Virus record (IMG/VR): IMGVR_UViG_3300047281_000124
Strand: one strand, 5' to 3'
Length of the DNA: 32,871 nucleotides
Source of the DNA: a virus
Lineage: Duplodnaviria; Heunggongvirae; Uroviricota; Caudoviricetes
Shown here: positions 24,794 to 32,707 of the stretch, one piece after another
How positions within the stretch are numbered: the stretch's first letter is position 1
How the letters are laid out: every line of letters starts with the position of its first letter
The notes under the pieces: generated by a model
What the model was told of the DNA's origin: nothing
Seen by the model: only the letters and a program-made list of their open reading frames with translations
The model's database searches: none
Translations under genes and position numbers: made by a program

Positions 24794-25792
24794 CTACCAG
24801 TTTTCTGACACAGTTGCTGCGCTAGTATAGACGGCAGCTTTAGGTTTAAATACATCTTTACTAATAAGTGGTGCAGGTACTTTATCCCACTCAATCGGGT
24901 CTAGAACCATGTAAGCTGATCGGTTCTCTGGGTGAGCACACCAAATCTGAGCAAGCATTACTTGGGCCAGGTACGGAGTATCCTTAAAAATACCCTCCCT
25001 AAGCTGCGGCCCTACGAGCCGATGTTTCCATACAGCAGACTGTACTTTACCCTCAGCCGCACCACTTCGCACAGTAAGACCTTCGGTCCGTTGGTGCATA
25101 ATCTCGTCATCGGTCATCGGGCCGGGCGTGTATAGCATCGCTTGTGCAAGTTGTGGATGAACAATCAAATCAATCTCTGACTTATCCCACTCGGAGTATT
25201 TAACACCATGTACAAGTTTGTGCGCGTACATAATTGTGGGAACTAAAGCACAATAGCTACTATTTGGAGCTTTGTACTGTGTCTTAAGGTAAGACGAACG
25301 AGCATCTAGCATTAGAAAGCGGTATAACCCTTTAAGGGTATCTGTATTAAAGTTATCTCTACGAAACTTTGCCCCACTAATAAGTCCGTTGTCGTTGAGC
25401 TTTAGGGTCATACGAGCTAAGATTGTAATGATTTGCGGCATAAATATATGCGAGTAATCAATCAAACCAAAGGTCTCAACATACCCCTTAACAGCAGCTT
25501 GTCCCGCCTTATCTTTAGCAGCAAGCAGTAAATCCTCGTCAATGCTAGGCATATTCTCACTATCACTAAAATTACCCTCATAAGCACCGGACTCACCATT
25601 ATTGCTAGTATAAATAGCATTTAGTTCATCAACGCGCTTTTGATAAATACTCTCATGTTCCGCTCGAACGGTGTGTTCAACGGAATCAGATGCTTGGTTA
25701 TAAGCATCTCGCATACCTGTCCAGCTAATATTATCGTAACCAAGTTTAGCAGACGTAACAACTGCTTTATAACTTTTAGAATAATTTGGCAT
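24794..25792 (-). CDS. Conserved T5-like early hypothetical protein (332 aa)
   Basis: YCALVPTIMYAHKLVHGVKYSEWD and VMLAQIW...DPIEWD resemble a conserved T5 early ORF as I recall it (YSSLVPLFMAAQKQYQNIKYSDWD). Confidence 0.6.
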   Translation of the reverse strand: MPNYSKSYKAVVTSAKLGYDNISWTGMRDAYNQASDSVEHTVRAEHESIYQKRVDELNAIYTSNNGESGAYEGNFSDSENMPSIDEDLLLAAKDKAGQAAVKGYVETFGLIDYSHIFMPQIITILARMTLKLNDNGLISGAKFRRDNFNTDTLKGLYRFLMLDARSSYLKTQYKAPNSSYCALVPTIMYAHKLVHGVKYSEWDKSEIDLIVHPQLAQAMLYTPGPMTDDEIMHQRTEGLTVRSGAAEGKVQSAVWKHRLVGPQLREGIFKDTPYLAQVMLAQIWCAHPENRSAYMVLDPIEWDKVPAPLISKDVFKPKAAVYTSAATVSENW

Positions 25793-26145
25793 CTTTTATA
25801 TTCAGGTGCAAGCACCTACCTATTCGACCCTAAGCTGTAGCAAGCCTAAAATCCCTCTAGCCGGGCAATGCTAAAGAGGCTAGAAGATACTCCAGCTAGT
25901 AATATTTGTGATTCCTCAGCAGCCCCGGAATCAAAGGGTGGAAAGCGGTGTTAAATTTTTATTTTTCTTAAATTTTTAAAACGAAATTGTGCTTAATAGC
26001 ACGCACACGGGATGAGATTTCAAAAACTTTCATGAATTTGTCCAAACTTCTTGACGTCGCCACAATGGGGGGCTAGAGAAGTGTGTTAACAAATGAAAGA
26101 TTTTAGAAATCTTGTGTGCGTTAGTATGAATAACTTATATAATCT

Positions 26146-26174
26146 ATTATATCCATAAAAAGCAAAGTGCACAA
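26146..26174 (-). promoter_or_regulatory. Early promoter
   Basis: TTGTGC-17 bp-TATAAT on the minus strand. Confidence 0.55.
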
Positions 26175-26217
26175 GTGTAATTTTCTTTAGCCATAGCATT
26201 TTTACTGTATTACCGAT

Positions 26218-26541
26218 TTATAAATTCGAGAAAGGGGAAACGTGTTGCATGACTTTAGCGCGCTGTGACCCTAAATTATAGCATTCGGTTGCTAGTGCAA
26301 GTAGTTCAGGTTTCTCAAATGTATAAATCTGTGCGTCTAGTTGAAGGAACTCTTTTGTGGAAGTTTCAATGATGTTGAGCGGGATGGCGCTAGCTAGCTT
26401 CTCGGCCATGGTATACTTTATGTGGCGCATGACGATCTCAGTATCCGACATTGAGTTAATGGCTTTCCAAGAGAGCTGCTGCCTAATCCTTAGCAGTTTA
26501 GGGTCGTACTTGCCGAGTAGTTGTTTGATTTCGTAGTTCAT
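26218..26541 (-). CDS. Hypothetical protein (107 aa)
   Basis: ORF track; ATGA-coupled to the upstream gene. Confidence 0.65.
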   Translation of the reverse strand: MNYEIKQLLGKYDPKLLRIRQQLSWKAINSMSDTEIVMRHIKYTMAEKLASAIPLNIIETSTKEFLQLDAQIYTFEKPELLALATECYNLGSQRAKVMQHVSPFSNL

Positions 26542-26777
26542 ACTTCATAAACATGGTAAACTAGGTTGTTATCCTGAACTGTAGCGATGTAGTAGCCTTG
26601 AGGTGCGTCCTCGCCTGTGTAGGCTGTGAGGAACGTGACTGATCTTAGATGACTGGCCTTACTTGTATTGATCCATACTACTAGGTTGTCGCCTTGCATC
26701 TGTGCTGATAAGATTTCGAAGACGTTAGTTTCAATGTGGGTAATACCGTGTTTGTTTAGGGTAAATTTCTTAATCAT
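26538..26777 (-). CDS. Conserved phage hypothetical protein (79 aa)
   Basis: EILSAQMQGDNLVVW...YIATVQ...LVYHVYE pattern common in phage small beta proteins. Confidence 0.7.
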   Translation of the reverse strand: MIKKFTLNKHGITHIETNVFEILSAQMQGDNLVVWINTSKASHLRSVTFLTAYTGEDAPQGYYIATVQDNNLVYHVYEV

Positions 26778-26931
26778 TTTTTTCGTACCATTCTAGAATG
26801 TCATTCATTGTGAAAAGGTCGTCATTAGCCATTGCGACTGATGCGCACTTGGCTACTAGCAACCGTGCGAAGAATGACAGATCTTTATCGTAAGTTAGTC
26901 CGGCTTGTTCGGCCATTTGTTCAACGTTCAT
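26770..26931 (-). CDS. Hypothetical protein (53 aa), distant member of the 28.2-28.9 kb paralogue family
   Basis: Hand translation MNVEQMAEQAGLTYDKDLSFFARLLVAKCAS...; overlaps both neighbours. Confidence 0.55.
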   Translation of the reverse strand: MNVEQMAEQAGLTYDKDLSFFARLLVAKCASVAMANDDLFTMNDILEWYEKND

Positions 26932-27127
26932 ATGTTTTTACCAGTGTGAATTGTTCGTCTTTGTAAGGGAAGTCCCAAGGCTCTGTAAATATCCCTAGCG
27001 ACCGGATAGCCTGATACTCGGTATCGTACGGCTCTAGCGCATACTTGTCCCCGTACTCGTCTGCGTAGGGTTCTGGCTCTACTAGACAGCCGTTTACTAG
27101 AATATACCAGGTGTATTTAACGTTCAT
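26921..27127 (-). CDS. Hypothetical protein (68 aa)
   Basis: ORF track; coupled overlaps with neighbours. Confidence 0.65.
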   Translation of the reverse strand: MNVKYTWYILVNGCLVEPEPYADEYGDKYALEPYDTEYQAIRSLGIFTEPWDFPYKDEQFTLVKTYER

Positions 27128-27333
27128 ACTGGGGTTCCTTTACAGTCTTTATTATCATGGGTTTCTATAGCTTTGAGAGCTTGTGCTTCCGTACCTTTAC
27201 AGAATTTATTAATACCATTTTCGTCTGACCACGGACCAAACCGGGCAAACCTTAGGTCAAGAAACTTATAAAAGAAGAAACCTGTTCTAGCTCCGTATTG
27301 ACCATCTTTAAACTTAACTAATTTGTATTTCAT
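27124..27333 (-). CDS. Hypothetical protein (69 aa)
   Basis: ORF track; ATGA overlap. Confidence 0.65.
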   Translation of the reverse strand: MKYKLVKFKDGQYGARTGFFFYKFLDLRFARFGPWSDENGINKFCKGTEAQALKAIETHDNKDCKGTPV

Positions 27334-27458
27334 TCTAGTTCCTCAGTATAGTTTTCCATAAATTCTTCGCATTCTGCTCTAGTCTCTCCGTAGAACAGGG
27401 TATTACCCATAAACCCCCAGACCTCAAACCAAGTCTCCCCAAATTGTAAGATTTCCAT
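27330..27458 (-). CDS. Small acidic hypothetical protein (42 aa)
   Basis: MEILQFGETWFEVWG...; AAAGGA RBS downstream of the promoter at 27483-27511. Confidence 0.6.
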   Translation of the reverse strand: MEILQFGETWFEVWGFMGNTLFYGETRAECEEFMENYTEELE

Positions 27459-27464
27459 GCGCTG

Positions 27465-27514
27465 TTTTCCTTTTGATAAACTATTATAACGCAAAAAAGG
27501 ACGCAACACAAGTG
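27465..27514 (-). promoter_or_regulatory. Early promoter/RBS cassette (partial copy of the 80-bp repeat)
   Basis: TTGTGT-17 bp-TATAAT with the same GCGTCCTTTTTTGCGT spacer as at 29215 and 29801. Confidence 0.75.
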
Positions 27515-27543
27515 CAAAAACACCGATGTTACGTCCCCTTTGG

Positions 27544-28266
27544 TTAAACCTCAATCAAACATTCTTTGTAGTATGGGTTCTTATTGTATCCGTATGGATT
27601 AGCAATAAGCCTTGTAGTGCCGATAGTTTGCTCACCTGGAGTGTGAGTGTGACCATACAGCCATGTAGTATCTTCTAGCTCAGAAATCCAACCACCAAGA
27701 TCGTTAGCGAAGTAGTAGTTGATAATGTCAGGGCCTTTAAACTCAGGAGCAATACACTCAGTAGCTGGCAAGAAGTGAGTAATGATTACTTTCTTACCCT
27801 CAACTGCTTCGTACTGGTCTTTGATGTAACCTGCGTGCTGTTCATACAACTCAGCACACTTGGTACCGCTAAAGCCTTTGATGACACGGAAGTCGTTGAT
27901 ACGATTAGCACAGATTACACGATTAAAGTCGTTATTACCGAAGTTAGACCAGAGTGCAGCACCGATAAAAGTAACTCCCCCGATAGAAACGCGACCCGGA
28001 TTAAGAAAATGGATGCTAGTGCCATAAGAGAACCTTTTTAGATAATCATCAAACTCCGCAATATTACCGTTATAGTACTCATGGTTACCAGGCACATAAA
28101 TTACCTCTTTAGTGTGCTCTGCGAAGCGCTTCAGCGCAGACCAGCATTTATCGTGGCCGACATTCAAGTCTCCCGCAATCACGAGAACTTCTTCACCTTT
28201 ATTAGTGTAGAGATCACGATCTTCGTAAAACTCTTGGTGGACATCACTTAGTAATCTGATCTTCAT
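27544..28266 (-). CDS. Calcineurin-like metallophosphoesterase
   Basis: SDVH, AGDL, PGNHEYY, THFLP and GHTH motifs. Confidence 0.9.
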   Translation of the reverse strand: MKIRLLSDVHQEFYEDRDLYTNKGEEVLVIAGDLNVGHDKCWSALKRFAEHTKEVIYVPGNHEYYNGNIAEFDDYLKRFSYGTSIHFLNPGRVSIGGVTFIGAALWSNFGNNDFNRVICANRINDFRVIKGFSGTKCAELYEQHAGYIKDQYEAVEGKKVIITHFLPATECIAPEFKGPDIINYYFANDLGGWISELEDTTWLYGHTHTPGEQTIGTTRLIANPYGYNKNPYYKECLIEV

Positions 28267-28495
28267 CTTGTGTTCCGTAAAAATTCTCTTTAATCATAAA
28301 ATCTATATCTAGACATACGACTGCTTGTTGTAAGGGGTAAGACATATAAACAACATCAATGATCTTATCAATGTCTGCTAGTATTAGTTCGGCAAACCTT
28401 TGATCCACTAATTCTCTCGATATAAAACCATCTAGAGAATTGCAAGCAACTTCTCTGTAAGCAGCCTCGGCGAGTTCTTTAATTCGTTCATTCAT
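28244..28495 (-). CDS. Small hypothetical protein, tandem paralogue 3
   Basis: MNERIKELAEAA...RFAELILAD...IKENFYG. Confidence 0.75.
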   Translation of the reverse strand: MNERIKELAEAAYREVACNSLDGFISRELVDQRFAELILADIDKIIDVVYMSYPLQQAVVCLDIDFMIKENFYGTQDEDQITK

Positions 28496-28683
28496 TCTTC
28501 AACTCCGAAATGTTCTAAAATAAATGCAGGGTCGCCCACTACTAATGAGGCACATTCCCTGACAATCAACTCAGCGAGCTTTTCTGGATTCAATCTATAA
28601 TATTTCTCATATTCGCCAAATGCACCGTGACTATGCTCAACTTCGGTAGCCTGTTTAATAAGTTCTTTAATTCGTTTGTTCAT
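28492..28683 (-). CDS. Small hypothetical protein, tandem paralogue 2
   Basis: MNKRIKELIKQA...KLAELIVREC...ILEHFGVEE. Confidence 0.75.
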   Translation of the reverse strand: MNKRIKELIKQATEVEHSHGAFGEYEKYYRLNPEKLAELIVRECASLVVGDPAFILEHFGVEE

Positions 28684-28904
28684 TCTGCAATTCCGAAATG
28701 CTGTTTAATCTTATTGCTATTACGGCTATACTCAGCCAGAGCAAGATCACTTGTCATACACTCTTCTGTCCATAGAGCTTTAGTAGCTTCGGCAACAATC
28801 AACTCGGCAAACCGTTCTAGCTCATAAACATTCATAGGCTTCCCAAAAATGCCGTGAATCACAACATCTGCTTGATTGGCTAATTCTAATATTTTTGTGT
28901 TCAT
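28680..28904 (-). CDS. Small hypothetical protein, tandem paralogue 1
   Basis: MNTKILELANQA...RFAELIVAEA...IKQHFGIAE. Confidence 0.75.
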   Translation of the reverse strand: MNTKILELANQADVVIHGIFGKPMNVYELERFAELIVAEATKALWTEECMTSDLALAEYSRNSNKIKQHFGIAE

Positions 28905-29053
28905 TCTGAACCCTTGGTTTGACTAACTAAAAAGCATACTGTTAGTAGGAATACCCACATAGACCAGTTATGTACTTGTACAAGGTATACTGTACCTATA
29001 ATTAGGGCTAGATTGTAAGACAGAATAAGAATTGCTTCTACAATATCTTTCAT
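28901..29053 (-). CDS. Small membrane protein (50 aa)
   Basis: Hand translation MKDIVEAILILSYNLALIIGTVYLVQVHNWSMWVFLLTVCFLVSQTKGSE; ATGA overlaps on both sides. Confidence 0.65.
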   Translation of the reverse strand: MKDIVEAILILSYNLALIIGTVYLVQVHNWSMWVFLLTVCFLVSQTKGSE

Positions 29054-29193
29054 AGTATCAATCCCGCCGCAAACTTAACTGCGTATTTAGTTGCTCCAAA
29101 CATCAGCCCAAGCGTAAAGCCGACAGCAGCACTAGCTGCGGCGAGTGCAATAGTCGCAGTCACATAGAATATAAATGCTTTAATGTATTTCAT
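29050..29193 (-). CDS. Small membrane protein (47 aa)
   Basis: MKYIKAFIFYVTATIALAAASAAVGFTLGLMFG...; AAAGGA RBS inside the repeat cassette. Confidence 0.65.
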   Translation of the reverse strand: MKYIKAFIFYVTATIALAAASAAVGFTLGLMFGATKYAVKFAAGLIL

Positions 29194-29270
29194 ATCTTTT
29201 CCTTTTGATAAACAATTATAACGCAAAAAAGGACGCAAAACAAGTGAATGTTTTCCGTCCTTATTGCCTA
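29191..29270. repeat. 80-bp exact direct repeat, copy A (promoter, RBS, ATG)
   Basis: Identical to 29777-29856; contains minus-strand TTGTTT-17-TATAAT, AAAGGA and the start codon. Confidence 0.92.
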
Positions 29271-29779
29271 AAACGTCCTAACAACTCAGAAACTTCGGCA
29301 TCCGAACTGTCTCCTAAATCCTTTTCGTTCATAAAAACGGCTTCATCACCAAACTTTGCTAATTTGCGACCTGCAGCATCGTTATCACATACAGCAACAA
29401 CTCTACGATTTAAACAACCTAACCAATTGGCCAAGTCAGGGGAGGGGTTGTTACTTAATACAGCAAGGGCGCTGAATCCTTGTTCTGTCAGTCGTGCTGC
29501 ATCAAATACACCCTCAGTCAGAAATACTAAGTTAGGCGTCAAGTGTAAACTTTCCATTCCCCATACTGCTAAGGTAGGTTGCTTTTTGTAAGTAAAATAC
29601 TTGCCTTTTCGTGGCGAATTAGCTGCTTTTTTCTCACCGTTAGGGCGATATTGTTGATATCCTACTAGCTGCCCGCTTAAGTTCCACAAATAAAAAGTTG
29701 CAACTTGCTCTACTTCATCCAATATTGGGCGATGTAGTTCTAAGTTTAAATGACGACTTTTTAAGTGTTGTGCTAACAT
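29261..29779 (-). CDS. Stand-alone TOPRIM / DnaG catalytic-core-like protein (172 aa)
   Basis: VFLTEGVFDA and VAVCDNDAAG (DxD) TOPRIM motifs; GKY motif upstream; start at ATG 29779 inside the repeat. Confidence 0.8.
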   Translation of the reverse strand: MLAQHLKSRHLNLELHRPILDEVEQVATFYLWNLSGQLVGYQQYRPNGEKKAANSPRKGKYFTYKKQPTLAVWGMESLHLTPNLVFLTEGVFDAARLTEQGFSALAVLSNNPSPDLANWLGCLNRRVVAVCDNDAAGRKLAKFGDEAVFMNEKDLGDSSDAEVSELLGRFRQ

Positions 29780-29856
29780 ATCTTTTCCTTTTGATAAACA
29801 ATTATAACGCAAAAAAGGACGCAAAACAAGTGAATGTTTTCCGTCCTTATTGCCTA
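29777..29856. repeat. 80-bp exact direct repeat, copy B
   Basis: Identical to 29191-29270. Confidence 0.92.
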
Positions 29857-30063
29857 TGTGCACTGCATATGGTACTCGTACTGTTCATGACCCGAAGCTG
29901 CATCTAGCTTCATAGGTACGACACGGTACTCATACTTACCGGCTCGCCAAGACTTCTCAACCTCACCAGCAAATGCAGCACCTTCTTTAGTAGAATAGAC
30001 TCCTAGTATGTAATGATGGGTATCATCTTCACCCCAGCGCAGCATTTCGGTTACGTATATCAT
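29854..30063 (-). CDS. Hypothetical protein (69 aa)
   Basis: ORF track; ATGA-coupled to thyX. Confidence 0.7.
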   Translation of the reverse strand: MIYVTEMLRWGEDDTHHYILGVYSTKEGAAFAGEVEKSWRAGKYEYRVVPMKLDAASGHEQYEYHMQCT

Positions 30064-30971
30064 CTTGAGTTATTTGGAATAAGTTGTCGAAACTGTATCC
30101 ATCCTTTAAAGTTACCAGACCAGAACTTACCTTTGCGATCCATGTGAGTAATGCCATCTTCCCAAGGTAGACTGCCCCAAGTGTCGCTTACTGTTATCAT
30201 TGGTGAGGCTTGATGCTCAACAGGGCTAGCATGAACAGGCTCAGAGTTAATCAGACGATCAAAGATCATCTTAGCTTTCTCTAGGCTGTCATCACTCTTA
30301 CGATAGCTGACCTGAGCACAACATGAGGCTGACACCATTCTAGCGTCCTCTACTGAGATACGATGATTGTCGACGTAATAGCTAATATCATCACCAATGA
30401 ATGTACGAGTAACATATGGTACGTGCCATTGGCCTGGATGAATCTCTTGAGGAATACTAGCCTCATGGCAATTGAACATCATCTTAGCCAACTCTGCAAT
30501 CTCAGGTTGTGCATCTGCATGATCTCGTAGCCAGTACCAGTTATCCCACTCAGTAGCAGTAACAACAGTCTTCATCATTTGAAAAGGTTCTGTAACCCTA
30601 TTAGCGATCTGCTTATGCAACCTCGCACCTGCTAAAGACTTACTCCAACAAAGAATCTCTGTACAAGCAGCGTTCCAAATAGACTTAGCTCCTCGTAGCT
30701 CAAACCCTTGCAGCTCCTCTTTAGCCTGCATACCTGCCTGATTAATGCCCCAATGAATAGGCTGTGCCATATTTTGCATAATATGCTCGTGCATCTTCTC
30801 AATTGGAATAGCTCGGCTAGATGCCGCGTTGCGTGAGAACTGACGGTGTGTCATCAACTCTGAGTGAATAAAGCGAGGATAATCTAACTCAAAGGTGGTA
30901 ATACGTTTACCATTACAGATAGAGTCTTGGACGATGGTAGCGGTAATCCCGCCTTTGCCGGTAAATTTCAT
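30060..30971 (-). CDS. thyX: FAD-dependent thymidylate synthase
   Basis: ELMTHRQFSRNAASSRAIP signature, plus HADAQPEI and VHASPVEHQA. Confidence 0.9.
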   Translation of the reverse strand: MKFTGKGGITATIVQDSICNGKRITTFELDYPRFIHSELMTHRQFSRNAASSRAIPIEKMHEHIMQNMAQPIHWGINQAGMQAKEELQGFELRGAKSIWNAACTEILCWSKSLAGARLHKQIANRVTEPFQMMKTVVTATEWDNWYWLRDHADAQPEIAELAKMMFNCHEASIPQEIHPGQWHVPYVTRTFIGDDISYYVDNHRISVEDARMVSASCCAQVSYRKSDDSLEKAKMIFDRLINSEPVHASPVEHQASPMITVSDTWGSLPWEDGITHMDRKGKFWSGNFKGWIQFRQLIPNNSR

Positions 30972-31174
30972 TTATAGAACACATTCAAGTAAATAGACGA
31001 AATCAGCAATACAAAGCTAATTGCGTAAAATATATAAGAAGCCCGATTAGGGCTAGAGGGAACTGTGAAGTCAGGACGAATGTCCTTAGCAGCAAGTTGG
31101 TTAGCTAAATCAATAGCAGTACCTTCGGTAATTAGCTGAGTCTTACCAAGGAATCTAACAGATATGAGGTTCAT
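30968..31174 (-). CDS. Small protein with a C-terminal membrane anchor (68 aa)
   Basis: ORF track; hydrophobic C-terminal helix; coupled overlaps. Confidence 0.6.
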   Translation of the reverse strand: MNLISVRFLGKTQLITEGTAIDLANQLAAKDIRPDFTVPSSPNRASYIFYAISFVLLISSIYLNVFYK

Positions 31175-31332
31175 TTTAGTTTATATGAGATAGTTGTTGG
31201 AAGCCTGCCATCGTTTTGACTAAGCCAGATACACTGGAAGATGTGTGTAGCATTCTCCCATGTTTCAATGCGGAATCTATCTTCTGTGTAGTCTTTAAAC
31301 TTACAATTAGTGATTATATCGTCGTAATTCAT
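31171..31332 (-). CDS. Hypothetical protein (53 aa)
   Basis: Hand translation MNYDDIITNCKFKDYTEDRFRIETWENATHIFQCIWLSQ...; TAATG and ATGA overlaps. Confidence 0.6.
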   Translation of the reverse strand: MNYDDIITNCKFKDYTEDRFRIETWENATHIFQCIWLSQNDGRLPTTISYKLK

Positions 31333-31673
31333 TATTTTACTTCATGATCTAAGTCTACAGAAGTCGAGTAGTAACCATTAGATGATCCTTCCCAGCGAAC
31401 ATCAACATAGCCTTTAATAGTTGCAAACTTATAGAAAGTCCATTCGTTTACATCATCGTATCCTGTTTCATTATAACCAGAGGACTCTTCTGCCATAAGA
31501 ATAGGAGCACCTACCAGATCGCTAAGATCGCCTACAACAGACTCAATGTACACACTTTCGCAACAATCTTGAGCATGGTAGAGCTTATATGACTCTGTAT
31601 CGTTTGAAAAGATGATTTCTTCATCACCAATGCGAACTACGTTGTTAAATACTTTACCTATCATGCTTTTCAT
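31332..31673 (-). CDS. Conserved phage hypothetical protein (113 aa)
   Basis: QDCCESVYIESVVGDL and WTFYKFATIKGYVDVRWEGSSNGYYS motifs widespread in phages; AAAGGA RBS before ATG 31673. Confidence 0.8.
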   Translation of the reverse strand: MKSMIGKVFNNVVRIGDEEIIFSNDTESYKLYHAQDCCESVYIESVVGDLSDLVGAPILMAEESSGYNETGYDDVNEWTFYKFATIKGYVDVRWEGSSNGYYSTSVDLDHEVK

Positions 31674-31694
31674 ATATTTCCTTTTGTTGAAACA

Positions 31695-31723
31695 ATTATA
31701 CAATAAAAAAGGGGCATAAGCAA
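31695..31723 (-). promoter_or_regulatory. Early promoter (diverged cassette copy)
   Basis: TTGCTT-17 bp-TATAAT followed by TGTTTCAACAAAAGGA, similar to the 29.2/29.8 kb cassettes. Confidence 0.65.
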
Positions 31724-31758
31724 GTCAAAAATATTGATGCTCATGCCCCTAAACTGGA

Positions 31759-32181
31759 TTAAATGTAGAAAATGTGATTGCCTATCACTGCAACTCGCTT
31801 TAAACCCCAGTTAGGTCTAACAGTGAAGTTATGATAGTGTGTAGCCTCAAAACCTTTACTATTATATGCGATTACTGCTGCATTGATTGAATCTTGCCAA
31901 TCTTTAGCATTAATCTTAGCTTTCGAAGGTTTGATAGTCCAGCTAAACTGTTTTTTCTGGTAGACTACACCACATATTGATTTTGGATAATCAGGATGCC
32001 TAACTCGGTTAAGTGTAACGATTGCAACCGCTTCCTTACCTAATTTAGATTCACCCCGCGCTTCATAGTATACGTTCTTAACCAAACAATGAAACTCTTG
32101 TTTGGTTGGGAGCTGTGCCACTTGCTCCTTATATGAAAAGACCGAAAATACTAGTAGCATTGCTAGTATCGTGCCTTTCAT
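31759..32181 (-). CDS. SleB-like cell wall hydrolase (Hydrolase_2)
   Basis: N-terminal signal/anchor; CLVKNVYYEARGES, VTLNRV, VVYQKKQFSW and IGNHIFY motifs. Confidence 0.9.
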   Translation of the reverse strand: MKGTILAMLLVFSVFSYKEQVAQLPTKQEFHCLVKNVYYEARGESKLGKEAVAIVTLNRVRHPDYPKSICGVVYQKKQFSWTIKPSKAKINAKDWQDSINAAVIAYNSKGFEATHYHNFTVRPNWGLKRVAVIGNHIFYI

Positions 32182-32223
32182 TCTACTAAGGCTAGAACAG
32201 CAGTCGTAATCTGGCAGCCTTCC

Positions 32224-32532
32224 TTAACTGACTGAATCGCTTCCTGGTACGTCGGTGCTGACACCTCCCAGATCGCTAGTTTCTTGTCCATCATTGCGTA
32301 AACTCTGATTATTTGCATAAAATTCCTTTAGTTGTGTAATTTCATTAATAAGGTTTGCTTCACGCTGTTGCAATTGATTGATTACTAGCACGTTATTTTC
32401 ATTCGTTTCTACTAATTGTTTCAATGTTCTAGCGGCTCTTAGCATCGTAGCGGTCGGAGGTCGATTTTCGATTACTCCACCATCTTTGTATACTACTTCA
32501 CCGTTCATTAATGTATTATATAAGTTGTTCAT
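32224..32532 (-). CDS. Hypothetical protein with a coiled coil (102 aa)
   Basis: ORF track; start moved to ATG 32532 because the track start overlaps the -10 box. Confidence 0.65.
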   Translation of the reverse strand: MNNLYNTLMNGEVVYKDGGVIENRPPTATMLRAARTLKQLVETNENNVLVINQLQQREANLINEITQLKEFYANNQSLRNDGQETSDLGGVSTDVPGSDSVS

Positions 32533-32560
32533 TTGCTTACTTTTCTTCTTGAGAACATTC

Positions 32561-32589
32561 ATTATATATCAAAGGAGCATACGGGACAA
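32561..32589 (-). promoter_or_regulatory. Early promoter
   Basis: TTGTCC-17 bp-TATAAT on the minus strand. Confidence 0.6.
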
Positions 32590-32645
32590 GACAAAATTTT
32601 TAAAGCTTAGCGCCAATTCCGTATAGCCAAGCCTAAATTTGGGTA

Positions 32646-32674
32646 TTTACAATAGATGCTTATCATGGTATAAT
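32646..32674 (+). promoter_or_regulatory. Promoter for the second GIY-YIG gene
   Basis: TTTACA-17 bp-TATAAT with an extended TG. Confidence 0.7.
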
Positions 32675-32707
32675 ATTTACAGTAATAGAAATTTTAAAGG
32701 GATCTAT

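Noticed and set aside
17647-26506. TTAGGG resembles the vertebrate telomere repeat and the pistol ribozyme pseudoknot pair TTAGGG/CCCTAA
   Set aside because: Copies are dispersed rather than tandem, and none sits in a hairpin loop followed by the UUAAA linker required for pistol
6315-32562. Longer ORF-track starts at 1416, 6341, 11530, 17661, 27554, 29238, 29863, 31703 and 32562
   Set aside because: Most run through promoters, terminators or repeats upstream of a downstream start with a clear RBS or stop-start overlap
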